Shown piece by piece: positions 36,177 to 50,199 of a stretch of 64,000 nucleotides of DNA. Position 1 is the stretch's first letter, and each line of letters begins with the position of its first letter. The stretch spans positions 14,694,001-14,758,000 of the forward strand of contig NC_043003.1 of assembly GCF_006345805.1 (NCBI RefSeq). Reading direction: 5' to 3'. Origin of the DNA: Octopus sinensis. Lineage: Eukaryota. Both the position numbers and the translations under genes were made by a program. The notes below the pieces were generated by a model. It did not search any database, had not been told where the DNA came from, and saw only the letters and a list, made by a program, of their open reading frames with translations.

Positions 36177-37760
36177 TTTTTTTTCTTCTTTCAAATTTGC
36201 TTCCATTTCTTGCCGAGTGTCTTCCCGACTCCTAGAGCAAAGGAACTCATAGTATACATTGGTAGGCCATTAAACCAAACACAATAGTTCGTTCATTTTC
36301 TTTTTTTTTTTTTAAGTTAAATTAAAATACATGAGCAGCAACAGTTCTCACATCGACAATGCTCTTCTCAATACGTGTGATGTACCAGTTAAGACAATCT
36401 TTTGCACTTCTTGCAGGGATTGTAAGCCAGGGATCATTCTCATATAATTTTCGGTTCCCTTCTTGATCATTCCTAGTGCTCCTACGATCACTAGTATTGT
36501 AACTGCCTTGAGATGCCACATTTTCTCAATTTCAATGAGTAGGTCTTTATATTTTCTGAGCTTGTCAAACTCTTTCGCTGAGATATTATGATCACAGGGG
36601 ATGCTCATGTCGATCAATAAGCAAACTTTATTGTTTTGGTCTTTCACAACAATATCTGGTTTATTGGCCTTGATAGTTCGGTCTGTATGTACTGGAAAGT
36701 CCCACAGAATGGTTACATTTTCTCCTTCAGTTACAGCCTCAGGGTGGTGACTATACCACTTGTCGGCAGTTTTGATATTGTAATGCCGACTTATTAGCCA
36801 GTGTAGATATTGGCCAACTCTGTCATGTCTTAATTTATACTCCACTGGTGCTAAGACTTTACATCCAGAGATTAGGTGGTCCACTGTTTCAATCATGTCG
36901 TTGCAGAATCGGCATTTTGGGTCTGCTCCATTTTTCATCACATTGGCCTGGTAGTTCCGGGTTATAGGCTTTGATCTTGAGCAGCCAGGATGAAACCTTT
37001 GCTCTCTGCTTTTAGCCCTGAGCTCCGTAGCCACTGATGGGTTTGCTTCTGGTCAACATCAGCTTGTTTGCTGCGGGCCACATATTTGCCGTGCAGAGGT
37101 TTCTCCTCCCACCTATCAGCCAATTGCTCGTGCGCTTTTTTTGTTGCCATTATTTTTACCTTCTTTGCAACAATAGTTGCCATACTTCCCTCGGGTTGTT
37201 CAGTTTGGGTATCCTGCACGAGATCAATAGCAAATTTTTTGCTTTCCTTTATGATAGAATGAAGCTTCTTTCGTCTCTCGTGATTTTCCACGAGCTTTAG
37301 CATCCAGTCATTCGTTATTTCGAGATATTTGGCCAGTCCAATTGTGGTTGTTTTGTAAGCTAGTTCAAATTGGATCAGGCCTCGACCTCCTTGGGCTCTG
37401 GGAAGGTAAAGGCGATCTACATCTGCCTTTGGGTGGTGCATCCTATTACAACTCAGCAGCTTGCGTATTTTCCTATCTATATTCTTTACTTCACTCATAT
37501 TCCATTTCAACACATTGTAGCTATAAGTAACAACTGGAACTGCTAAGGAATTTATAGCGAACACCTTGTTACGTGCATTTAGTTCAGATTTCAGGACTGC
37601 ACAAACTCTTCTATAACATTCCTTCCTGATCTACTCTTTCATGCTTGCATGCTGAATACCAGAGCCTTCATTTATCTCTAAATATTTGTAGGTTTGTTCT
37701 TGCTCAAGCTCTCTTATGACTGTGTCAACATCTAACATGACTGAATTTAGATGTGATTAT
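36177..37760 (-). mobile_element. R4/Dong-type non-LTR element, 5'-truncated (thumb + CCHC knuckle + RLE)
   Basis: ORFs 36962-37564 and 36348-37034: CRFCNDMIETVDHLISGC, RHD, KPDIVV..D, frameshift near 36965; (TAA)n at both ends. Confidence 0.92.
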
Positions 37761-37780
37761 TACTATTATTATTATTACTA

Positions 37781-38534
37781 CATTTTTTTTTCTTCTTTCA
37801 AATTTTCTTCCATTTCTTGCCGAGTGTCTTCCCGACTCCTAGGGCAAAGAAACTCATAGTGTATATTGGTAGGCCATTAAACCAAACTCAGTAGTTCGTT
37901 CATTTTTTTTTTATTTTTTTTTTAAAGTTAAATTAAAATACATGAGCAGCAACAGTTCTCACATCGACAATGCTCTTCTCAATACGTGTGATGTACCAGT
38001 TAAGACAATCTTTTGCACTTCTTGCAGGGATGGTAAGCCAGGGATCATTCTCATATAATTTTCGGTTCCCTTCTTGATCATTCCTAGTGCTCCTACGATC
38101 ACTGGTATTGTAACCGCCTTGAGATGCCACATTTTCTCAATTTCAATGAGTAGGTCTTTATATTTTCTGAGCTTGTCAAACTCTTTCGCTGAGATATTAT
38201 GATCACAGGGGATGCTCATGTCGATCAATAAGCAAACTTTATTGTTTTGGTCTTTCACAACAATATCTGGTTTATTGGCCTTGATGGTTCGGTCTGTATG
38301 TACTGGAAAGTCCCACAGAATGGTTACATTTTCTCCTTCAGTTACAGCCTCAGGGTGGTGATTATACCACTTGTCGGCAGTTTTGATATTGTAATGCCGA
38401 CTTATTAGCCAGTGGAGATATTGGCCAACTCTGTCATGTCTTAATTTATACTCCACTGGTGCTAAAACTTTACATCCAGAGATTAGGTGGTCCACTGTTT
38501 CAATCATGAGTTACAGCCTCAGGGTGGTGATTAT
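37781..38534 (-). mobile_element. R4/Dong-type element, near-identical shorter copy
   Basis: ORF 37959-38507 differs from the neighbouring copy at only a few residues; (TAA)n flanks. Confidence 0.92.
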
Positions 38535-38555
38535 TATTATTATTATTATTATTAC

Positions 38556-38610
<55 letters not shown>

Positions 38611-39057
38611 AGGTAGTGAGTTTGTAGGAAGTTAGCTTCCTAGTGAAAATGCTTAGTGTCTTTACATTCTGAGTTCAAATTCCGCCGAGGTTGACTTTGC
38701 CTTTCATCTTTTCAGGGTTGATGAATTAAGTACTAGTTATGCACTGGGGTCAATGTAATTGACTTGTCTCCTCACCCAAAATTTCAGGCCTTGTGCTAAT
38801 ACTAGTAAGGGTTATTATTATTATTATTGTTATTAAGGCAGGCATGGCTGTGTGGTATGAAGCATGCTTCTCAGTACATGGTTCCTGGTTCATTCTCACT
38901 GCCTGGTACTTTGAGCAAGTGTCTTCTATTATGGCCTCAGGCCAACCTATGCCTTCTGAATGAATTTGGTAGACAGAAACTGAAAGAAGCCCATGAGATA
39001 TATATTTACATTTATATATGCGTATATGCCTATTTATATATTTATATATGTTATAGG

Positions 39058-39099
<42 letters not shown>

Positions 39100-40214
39100 A
39101 TATATATATGTAACTATATATATATAAATATGTATATGTATATATATGCACATATATATATAAATATCTCTCTCTATATATATATAGTAAGAAGCTTGCT
39201 TCCCAATCACATGGTGTTCCGGGTTCAATCCCACTATGAGGCAAGTGTCTTCTGCTATAGCCTTGGGCCTACCAAAGCCTCGTGAATGGATTTGGTAGAT
39301 GGAAACTGAAAGAAGCCCGTTGTATATATGTATATATATGTATATGTTTGTGTGCCTGTGTTTGTCCCCCAACTGATGGTGGTGTGTTTACGTCCCTGTA
39401 ACTTAGCGGTTCGGCAAAAAGAGACCGATAGAATAAGTAATAGGCTTACAAAGAATAAGTCCTGGGGTTAATTTCTTCGACTAAAGGCGGTGCTCCAGCA
39501 TGGCCACTGTCAAATGACTGAAACAAGTAAAAGAATAAAAGAATACACACACACACACACATACACACATATATATATATGTGTGTATAATTAAGAGAAA
39601 TAACCTCTATTAAGTAATTCAATAGTAAGAGACTTTATATCATATAGAAAAATTTAAATATACTATAATAAATATTATTTTAAAAAATCACTAAATTAAA
39701 TAAACATTAATATTTAGAGACAGATAGTCATGGCTGATATATATACACATATAAATAATTTAATATACACAAATTAGAAAACTGCAAGTAATAGTTTCAT
39801 GCTTTAGAGATACAATAAATTGGAAGATTTATTTACAAGCTTTGTATCTCTAAGCAACCTTTCAGGCTTGGTGCATATCTTGAGATGTATTTAAAAATCA
39901 GAACGCTGATCTATGAGAAAACTTGAGAGAAAAAAATGAGAAGAAAAATGCAAAGAAGGCTGATACAAAAAAGTGTAATGAAAAGAAAGAAAGAAGAGAA
40001 AAGTAACAAAACCCAAGATCTTCATCCTCTTCGAGCTTTGAGGAAATCATAATTAATCTAACTGGTGAAGAATAATATAACAGAGATGAGGCTAAAGTCT
40101 GTGGAAATAGCTATTTCTGCAGAAATCCAGAACAGGTGGTGTTCTCCAGTTTGACAAATAAATTTGTCCATGTGCTTATATTTACTTAAAACTTTCTGAC
40201 CTGTATGTCTAAAC

Positions 40215-40246
<32 letters not shown>

Positions 40247-40259
40247 ACATCATCATCAC

Positions 40260-40291
<32 letters not shown>

Positions 40292-40755
40292 CCACCACCA
40301 CCACCACTGCCGCTGCCACCACTACCACCGCCGCCACCGCTGCCACTGCCGCCACCGCCACCACCACCACCACCACCACCACCATCATCATTTAACGTCC
40401 ACTCTCCATGATGGCATGGGTTAGACAGTTTGACTGGAGCTGGTAAACTGGAGAACTGCACCAGGTTCCTGTCTGCTTTGGAATGGTTTCTACAGCTGGA
40501 TACCTTTCCTAATGCCAACCACTTCAAGAGTGTAATGGGTACTTTTACATGCCAGCGGCAATGGTCCTTTTTACATGGCACTGGCACCAACCATAACTAC
40601 AATTTATGGGTGCCATTTATATGGCACCAGCAATGACCACAACTAGGTGGTCATTTACATGGCGGTGGCAATAACCACAATGATTCATGAGTGTTCTCTA
40701 CATGGTACTGGCAATGAGTATAAGTACAATTCATGGTGCCATTTATATGCCATCC

Positions 40756-41160
40756 GTAGGCATAGGAGTGGCTGTGTGGTAAGTAGCTTGCTTACAAACC
40801 ACATGGTTCCAGGTTCAGTCCCACTGCTTGGCACCTTGGGCAAGTGTCTTCTACTATAGCTTCGGGCCAACCAAAGCCTTGTGAGTGGATTTGGTAGATG
40901 GAAACTGAAAGAATCCTGTTGTATATGTATATATATATATGTATATGTGTATGTGTGTGTATATGCTTGCTCCCCCACCATCGTTTGACAACCGATGCTG
41001 GTGTGTTTACGTCCCTGTCACTTAGCGGTTTGGCAAAAGAGACCAATAGAATAAGTACTAGGCTTACAAAGAATAAGTCCTGTGATCGATTTGCTCGACT
41101 AAAGGCGGTGCTCCAGCATGGACACAGTCAAATAACTGAAACAAGTAAAAGAGTAAAGAG
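40756..41160 (+). mobile_element. SINE family A, full length (another near-full copy at about 39185-39545)
   Basis: Matches consensus. Confidence 0.85.
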
Positions 41161-41818
41161 TATATAATTTATTAACAAAATTGCAGAGTGATTCATGGGC
41201 CACCAGTTTTGTGCATTGCCACATTTGAACCCCATGGTGAAGAAAACTAATTAAGAACCCATGAAAATGGAACAGCACCATACTGAAGAAGAGGAAAATA
41301 ATGAGAGTCAGGATATGGAATCACCAAGAATTTTTAGTAACTAAAGCATTGTCTGAGATTTCCCAGAATTTAAATCAAAACAATAGCTGTTCTCCCCCCA
41401 AAAAATATACACCAACAGGGAGAGATTCAGAAACAAACAAATAAATGGTTACAACTACTTTAAGGAATTATACAATCAGACGAAAATATGTGAAACAACA
41501 AATATTGAGACATGTTTTTTGAGTAAATAATTAATCTTATTGCTTTTGCTAATCTTTCTTCAATGTAGGCGTAGTAAACATATTTATAGATGTTTAATAT
41601 TGAGGAGTTTTTTCTCGAGACGTTATTTAGAAGTTTTGCAATGTTTTTGCGTCTAGGAATACTCTAAAAGAATGTAACTCTTGTTTATGTTATTTATATT
41701 ATTTATATTATTTATATTATTTAGCTGGTGGCATTTTATGCCATTTCATTTAATGACAGTAAGTTCCCAAAAGTCTATCAACAACATTAAGTAAGGACTG
41801 AGTGTGGGTGAGTGCATG

Positions 41819-41849
<31 letters not shown>

Positions 41850-43073
41850 GTGTGCGTGTGTGTGTGTCTACATATATATATGTGTGTGTGTGTGTGTATG
41901 TATGTAGATAAAACTGACTTGGAAAGGGATGCATGGCATTCGATCAAATAATAATATAAATAATATATAAATATATGCATAAATACATACATATATGTAC
42001 ATACCTACATCTATATGTATATATACATGCATATATGGGTACAGGACATAAAAAAATATGTTGAACACAATGAGAAACGAAAACATAAAATCAAAAACAT
42101 AGAAACAAACTTTTTTTCCGAACAATGAAAGAGTAAACAGAGAAACAAGACATAGTCAGTTGACTGTGGCCATGCTGGAGCATAATATATATATATATAT
42201 ATATATACATATGCATGTACATATATGTATGCACATATACACACACCCTAAAAATATTATGCACATGACACCACTCCCCATATCATACACTCCATCCCCA
42301 TAGGAATGCCATCACTTAATAATGCATACTTCTCCTACAAATACTTTAAGATAACCCTTACCAGCCTCACAGCATACCCAACCAAGGGGCATAACTCCTA
42401 ACCTAATCCCCTGGCTCTTTTTCGTTTCACCACTCTTTTTCAAAGCAGCCACAGACCCGTTGTGTTATTCCACCACCAACAATAAGAGAGCAGTCACCAT
42501 ATCCTCTTCCATAGCGGCTAACCCTGATGAGCACAAGGTTATATAACCAGACTGTTTCTTTCTGTAAAGGATAAGGTTGTGGGGGGTAGTTTATGTTAGT
42601 GTGTGGTGTGTAATGTGTGTGGGGGTATAATGTGTGTGAAGGGGTATATGTCAGGGGTGGTAAGAGACAGTCTGTTTTGTAGGGTGTCCGCCTTATAGGG
42701 ATGTGCATGCATGCATGGGTGCATTGGCATGTACTTCAGTCAAACTCTTTGCTAGGCCCGAGGCCATTGGTGAAAGGTCAAGGCCGTTGACCTGTGGTTG
42801 TAGTCATGTTGGGGCACGCAAGTACATACATATACATGTATGTATATAAAACCAAAATACAGCCGGCATGATCAACATGCCTAGGTTAACTCAGTATATC
42901 TACTGGGACATCCCTTCCTTTATGCATGCAGCTGATGTGACACAAACTGCAGAGATTGATGCAACACAATTAGATGCACAAATTCCTACCCATAATGGAC
43001 AGTTGCAGGATGAGCTGAAATGGTTGTCATACTGAATAAAGACTAGTGTTAAATCTATTTGCTGATTCCTTCA

Positions 43074-43143
<70 letters not shown>

Positions 43144-43433
43144 AAAGGTGAGAAATTGCCTTGAGGAATTTGAGCGTGGCCGTTGCCAGTACCGACCGAC
43201 TGGCCCTTGTGCCGGTGGCACGTAAAAGCACCCACTACACTCTCGGAGTGGTTGGCGTTAGGAAGGGCATCCAGCTGTAGAAACTCTGCCAGATCAGATT
43301 GGAGCCTGGTGCAACCATCTGGTTCCCCAGACCTCAGTCAAATCGTCCAACCCATGCCAGCATGGAAAGCAGACTTTAAACGATGATGATGATGATGATG
43401 ATGATGATATACATACATACATACATACATACA

Positions 43434-43488
<55 letters not shown>

Positions 43489-46435
43489 ATATTTATATAT
43501 ACATATATATACACTTCTTATAGATCAAATGATACTGAATATATAAAGTAACAACATTGTATATGTTTAAATTCTTTATTTACAAAGAACTCAATTACCT
43601 ATCATTTTCGATTTTTGTAATTTGACAAAAAAAATGAAAGAAACATAAAAATAAAAACCTTCCAAAAAATCATTTTCATTAATAATGTATGTGAATTTAT
43701 CAGTAATCCGCCTATGTTTTAACTTGATTATCTTAAAAACTAATGTTATTCTGTCTAAATGAATAACTATCAATTATATTATAAATATTATATTATATTA
43801 TATTACAGTCATCATAACCATTATCATCATCAACATAATCATACAAGAATCTCAGCAGTGAATTGGCACAGTTCTTAGAGTGTTGGTTACAGTAGTTTGG
43901 AATATTTGTTTTGACCATTGATGCTGCAAGTTCAAATCCTTCTGAGGTCAGCTTCACCTTTCATCCTTTTGGAAGTTATTAAAATAGGTAAATTGTACCA
44001 ATCCAGGATAAGTTTGGCACTGTTGTTAGGGTGTCAGATTGTTTGTTCAGATTCTTGGTGCTCTAGGAAGAAAATCCTGCTGTACCCACCTTCACATTTC
44101 ATTTTTTAGGACCAATTATACAGTAAAACAAGCAACCCCCCTGCACCCCGTCCAATTGACGGTGCTGAGTTGTCAAACATTTAAACCAAATTTTCTCAAA
44201 ACAACTTGTCTGACCGTCCCATAGGCCTCCCCTTTGAGAAACACTGATTTAACCTAAATTTGAGACACCAGCAAAAGAAGAAATAAAGATAGACTTTTTT
44301 CTATTCCAAAGAAAAACGATTTTATTCACACAAATATGCAACCGAAGAGTTTAAAGTACCAGTAATGATAAGGCTGTTGACTGGGAGAACACAAACATGG
44401 TTTAAATAGTAAGCTTGGCAGGAAAGAAACATGACTTTAAGCAGTACAAAAACAACAAAAAATGGAAGGTGCAGTTATGTACAGGTTGACGGAAGAAAAG
44501 CAGGGCAAAAACGGCTTTATCGATTGCATTCTCACCTGGAATCGATTTTTTTGGTATCTACATATCAAATTTGAGTGCAATTGGATGGAGGATGCTCGAG
44601 ATCCTAGAAGACACATAGACAGACAGACAGAATGGATTTTATATAAGAGATAGTACTAACCCAGCACTGAGAATTGGTAAAATTATATTAACTTCAAACA
44701 GGATGCCTTGCTTTTTTTCTTATGATTCTTTGTGTCCAACAGCACTGGATTAACCATAAAGCAAAATAAGCATGTACTTAGGATATCAACGGAAAGGGAG
44801 GCACCAAAAAAAATGGTAAATAGTTTAAGGTACAAAAGAAATTACTTTAAATTTGCTAACATAATGTTTGGGATACCTTATCTTTTCTATGTATAGAAGC
44901 AGATGTGATACATATAATTAATTTTGAGAATCTGATCAAAGACTTTGCAATTCAAAAAAGTCGGAAAAAATTGTTCAAATACAAATAAAGTGAAAGTATT
45001 CAAAGATAAACGTTATTTTCCAACTTTTTGAAAAATAAAAAAATTATTTTATGATTTTTCATTGTTTATATTTTGAATTACAAACATATGGTACCACGTA
45101 AAAAAAGGACTGGTGATGGTGTAATGTAAAATGCACCCGGTACACTCTGTAAAGTGGTTGGCATTAGGAAGGGCATCCAGCTGTAGAAATCAAACCAAAA
45201 CAGCATATGGAACTTAGTATGGTCCTTGGTCTTACCATCTCCTATCAAACCGTCCAATCCATGCCAGATTAGAAAATGAATGTTAAATGATAATGATAAT
45301 GGAGGCACCAAAATCTTGCAAGTGCTTAGAACTTCCATGGATCTTAATCTAGCCCTCATGTTCTACATACAAATCCACAAATTCCACCATGGCCTACTTT
45401 GGCTAGCAGACTTAATCTTTTGTCCAGTTTGATGCCATCTCTTAGTATATCTTTAGCAGAGTTCACGCTGTTGGGAACCTCCAGTTTGAGGAAACATTTA
45501 TCTTTTCCTCACACCAGTCTGAGAGGCCTTGTAAAGAATTATAGGCACTGCCCTTCTCACTTAGTGGAGATGCATGGTTTAGTAGTTAGGATGTTGGGTT
45601 CATGATCTTAATATTGTGGTTTTGATTCCTGGACTGGGTGATGTGTTGCGTTCTTGAGCAAGACACTTCATTTCCCGTAGCTCCCTTCCATTCAGCTGGC
45701 AAAATTAGTAACCCTGTGATGAATGAGCGTCTCATGCAGGGGCTGTGTGAATGAATATATGCAACACAGAAACTGGGAGAATGGTTCAAAGTGGAGACAA
45801 AGGATCGTAATATTGTGGTTTTGAAAAATAGCACGCTGGGCAAAATGTTGGCAGTATTTTGTCTGTCTTAACATTTTGAGTTCAAATTCCACCAAAGTCA
45901 ACTTTGCCTTTCATCCTTTTGGGGTTGACAAATTAAGTGCCAGTTGTGTACTGGGGTTGATCTAATCGACTGGCCCTCTCCCCAAAGGTTTTGAGCCTTG
46001 TGCCTTGAGTAGAAAAGAATATTGTGGTTTCAATCCTGGACCAGGCTGCGTGTTGTGTTCATAAGTAAGACACTTTATATTATGTTGCTCCATTCTATTC
46101 ACCTGGTAAAAATAAATAATCCAGTGATGGATCAGCATCTCATCCAGAATGGAACATATGTATATATATATAGCAAAAAAAAACAAAACAGGGTACTGGC
46201 CCTATGCTTCTTATGGAGTAATGTCACCCCTCCCCCGCTTTTCCCTCTTAGCCATGGCTGTGTGGTTAAGAAGCTTGCATTACAACCATATGGTTTCAGG
46301 TTCAGTCCTACTGCCCAGCATCTTGGACATGTGTCTCCTGTTACAGTTCCAGGTTGACCAATGCCTTGTAATTGAATTTGATAAATTGAAACTGTATCAA
46401 AACCTGTTGTGTATATATGTATATATATGTCTTAG

Positions 46436-46615
46436 AATTAATCAAAGGACATATTAAGTATGTCTACCTGCTGGAAATAACTGTGAAAACTCTTATTTAA
46501 ATTGCTGCAAAAAAACTGATGATAAGAGTTATCAGTTTTTTCAGTGATTTAAATAAGAGTTTTGACTGTTATTTCCAGCAGGTAGACATACTTAGTATGT
46601 CCTTTGAGTAATTTT
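46436..46615. repeat. Near-perfect ~180-bp palindrome
   Basis: aattaatcaaaggacatattaagtatgtctacctgctggaaataac... / ...gttatttccagcaggtagacatacttagtatgtcctttgagtaatt. Confidence 0.9.
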
Positions 46616-47559
46616 AATCCTTCAGCTATTTAATGCTTTTTGGGCCTGCAATCGCCTATATTATTGATTCTGGTGTCATCATTTGTAATTGTTATACTAG
46701 ATAATAATAGAGTCAATAATATCTCTATTAATGTTTGTACCCTCCAACTGCTTGGCAACTATTGTTGGTTTGTTTATGTCACCATAACTTAGTGTTTCAA
46801 CTAAAAGCCTTCAAGGTACTGCCCCAGTATGGCCACAGTCCAATCACGAAAACAGGTAGAAGATAAAAGCTAAAAGAAAATGCAAGATCTAAAGTCTTTG
46901 TAAACTGGATGTTTACCTCAGCTATCCACTTGGTTCAACATGAACGTAACCTTCTCATTGTTCCATGGACATTACTTTAAATTGGCTTTCTATGCTTTAA
47001 TAGTGTGCTAAGGTGTAGGAGTGGCTGTGTGGTAAGTTGCTTCTTACCAACCACATGGTTTCGGGTTCAATCCCACTACGTGGCACCTTAGGCAAGTGTC
47101 TTCTTGTATAGCCTCAGGCCGACCATAGCCTTGTGAGTGGATTTGGTAGATGGAAACTGAAAGAAGCCCATCGTATAGATATGTGTATTGACTGGGCCTA
47201 ATGAAGCCTTCTGGCTTCACAGACCCCAGTAGAACCGTCCAACCCATGCTAGCATGGAAAACGGACGCTAAACGATGATGATGATGATGATGATGATGTG
47301 TGTGTATGTGTTTGTGTGTCTGTGTTTGTTCCCCCACCCCCACCCTCAACATCGCTTGACAACTGATGCTGGTGTGTTTACTTCCCAGTAAGTTATCGGT
47401 TCGGCAAGAGAGACCGATAGAATAAATACTAGGCTTACAAAGAATAAGTCCTGGGGTCGATTTGGTCAACTAAAGGCGGTGCTCCAGCATGGCCACAGTC
47501 AAATGACTGAAACAAATACAAGAGTACAAGAGTAACCAGAAGAATACTCGCACACTCAA

Positions 47560-47952
47560 ACACTTGAAGGAGCACTCTGTCGGTTACGACGATGAGGGTC
47601 CCAGCTGATATGATCAACGGAACAGCTTGCTCGTGGAATTGACGTGCAAGTGGCTGAGCACTCCACAGACACATGTACCCTTAACATAGTTCTCGAGGAG
47701 ATTCAGCGTGACACAGAGTGTGACAAGGCTGGCCCTTTGAAATACAGGTACAACAGAAACAGGAAGAAAGAGTGAGAGAAAGTTGTGGTGAAAGAGTACA
47801 GCAGGGATCACCACCATCCCCTGCAGGAGCCTCGTGAAGCTTTATGTGTTTTCGCTCAATAACCACTCACAATGCCCGGTCTGGGAATCGAAACCGTGAT
47901 CCTACGACCGCGAGTCCACTGCCCTAACCACTGGGCCATTGCACCTCCACAT
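47560..47952 (-). mobile_element. SINE family E, full length
   Basis: Head gtggaggtgcaatggcccagtggttagggcagtggactcgcggtcgtagg; 3' tail shared with family D. Confidence 0.8.
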
Positions 47953-48939
47953 ACTCAAACACACACACACACACACACATTCTTGGATATTTAGTGTAAT
48001 AAAAAGACTTACAGTTATAAAATGAAGTTCTCTGTACTTTGGATGTTTGACTGTGTGATATTGTTTCTTTTGGGACTAATTTACCAAGTTAATATTATTT
48101 TCATTCTAAGTGAATCTGTTCTTCCTAAATGGCCAAGTGAAGAATAAATTCACTTAGAATTGAAGCAGTATCACCTGCCGGCTGGTTAGCGAATAAGATA
48201 CGGATATATGTATGTGTGTGTGTGTGTGCGTATATGTTTGTGTGTGCGTATATGTTTGTATGTGTGTGTGTTTGTGTGTGTATGCGTATATGTGTGTATT
48301 TGTGTATGTATATGTATATGTGTGTGTATGAGTGTCAGAGCATTTATATATGTGTGTGTGTCTGTGCATATATGTGTGTGTATGTGTGTGTATGTGGGTG
48401 TGTAAATATATGTGATTGTTGTGTGTGGGTGTTTGTGCATATGTGTATGTGTGTGTGTATGTGTGTGTGTGCATGTGTGTGTATGTGTGTGTGTGCGTGC
48501 ATATGTGTATGTGTGTGTGTGCGTGCATATGTGTATGTATGTATCTGTGTATGTATGTATGTGTGTGTATGTGTGTGTGTGTGTGTGTGTATGTGTGTGC
48601 ATATGCGTGTATGTGTGTGTGTGTTGATTGTTTTTATGTTCAGTTATAATAAAACCAATGTTACATGAATCTGATTGATGGGTTACTCTATAATTCTGTA
48701 GAGTACAAATTTATTATTCCTAATGTATTCTGTCAACATCATTGTTGTTGACAGAAAAATATATATATTATTGGCGTTAGGAAGGGCATCCAGCCGTAGA
48801 AACATTGCCAGATTTGACTGGGCCTGATGAAGCCTTCTGGCTTCACAGACCCCAGTAGAACCGTCCAACCCATGCTAGCATGGAAAACGGACGCTAAACG
48901 ATGATGATGATGATGATGATGATATATATATATATAAAT

Positions 48940-49310
48940 GGAGAAAAAAAAACAAGAAAAAACAACAATGCCAGGATGTAGTACATGCAATGTATTATTA
49001 ATAAGACACTCAGGGAAGGTAAGAAAGGGTGTTTTACGTTTCGAGGCAAAGCTCTTCTTCAGAAACAAGAGACAGAGGAAATTCCAAAAGAAAAGCAAGA
49101 CAGAAGAAAAAAATTCGCTGTGGATCGTTGGTAATTTTTTGCTTCCATCTTCCTCTTCTTTTGGACTTTCCTCTCTCTCCTGTTTCTGAAGAGAAGCTTT
49201 GCTCGAAATGTAAAGTACCCTTTCTTTCCTTCCTTGAGTTTTTTATTAATACTTTGCACGTACCACATTCTCACGTTATTGTTTTTGTTCTGTTATTTTT
49301 TCTCCTATTA
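48940..49310. ncRNA. Inverted repeat carrying two minimal hammerheads
   Basis: Minus 49031-49066 gttt-CTGAAGA-a-gagc(tttg)cctc-GAA-ACGT-A-aaac (core intact); plus 49182-49216 gttt-CTGAAGA-g-aagc(ttt)gctc-GAA-ATGT-A-aagt. Confidence 0.8.
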
Positions 49311-49442
49311 TCTATTTACAGCACACTCACATAGACCCCTGTACTTCCAACTAGCTTTGCAGTACCTAATTCAAGGAATTCATTCTACCATCGGATTAAT
49401 TTCCCTTATTCATTTTGAGTATGCCATTTCTCTACCTTGATA

Positions 49443-49516
<74 letters not shown>

Positions 49517-49519
<3 letters not shown>

Positions 49520-49925
49520 TGTAGGAGTGGGTGTGTGTAAGTAGCTTGCTTACCAGCTGCATGGTTCTGGGTTCAATCCCACGGCGTGGCACCTTGAGCA
49601 AGTGTCTTCTACTATAGCCTCGGGCTGACTAAAGCCTTTTGAGGGGATTTGGTAGACAGAAACTGAAAGAAGCCTGTCGTATATATGTATATGTATATAT
49701 ATGTGTGTGTGTTTGTGTGTCTGTGTTTGTCCCCCACCAACATCGCGTGACAACCGATGCTGGTGTGTTTACGTCCCCGTAACTTAGGGGTTTGGCAAAA
49801 GAGACTGGTAGAATAAGTACTAGGCTTTCAAAGAATAAGTCCTGGGGTTGATTTGCTTGACTAAAGGCATTACTCCAGCATGACCACAGTCACATGACTG
49901 AAACAAGTAAAAGAGTAAAAGGAGA
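49517..49925 (+). mobile_element. SINE family A, full length
   Basis: Matches consensus. Confidence 0.85.
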
Positions 49926-49927
49926 GT

Positions 49928-49963
<36 letters not shown>

Positions 49964-49964
49964 G

Positions 49965-50175
49965 AAGTGTTCATACAGAATCTGAAACTGCGATGAACCC
50001 TCTCTAACAGCTCTTCATTGCCTTTGACTTATTCATGCACTTCAACAAGTCTTTAAAGAAGATGTCCTTGGTCACGATTCTTTTCAGAATACACAAGGGA
50101 TTTAATGTAGCCCCACAAGAAAAAGTCCATGGGAGTTAAATCTGGTGACCATGGTGCCTGTTCAATTGGCCCGTT
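49965..50175 (-). pseudogene. Tc1/mariner-superfamily transposase C-terminal fragment
   Basis: GPIEQAPWSPDLTPMDFFLWGYIKSLVYS resembles WPPRSPDLTPLDFFLWGYLKSKVY. Confidence 0.8.
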
Positions 50176-50199
50176 TCCTTTCCTCCTGGCCCTTGAAAC

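Noticed and set aside
39900-40150. Lys-rich/Ser-rich/Cys segment resembling a pogo-type transposase C-terminus
   Set aside because: Too degraded (stops, low complexity) to call
42510-42680. ctgatgagc...gagacagtc region as a hammerhead
   Set aside because: Core halves are mispaired or on opposite strands; unresolved
42869-43036. 55-codon ORF MINMPRLTQYIYWDIPSF...QDELKWLSY
   Set aside because: No recognisable homology and no convincing splice donor
44400-44660. Helitron/DINE-like non-autonomous element (also about 50500-50800)
   Set aside because: Only stylistic similarity (aaat..ggtt..acagacagac..tttatata); termini not defined
45370-45505. Minus-strand open frame LEVPNSVNSAKDILRDGIKLDKRLSLLAKVGHGG with a gtatgt donor
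   Set aside because: No acceptor before the upstream stop; family not recognised
48820-48850. ctgatgaagccttctggct in RTE tails as a hammerhead
   Set aside because: No GAAA after the stem
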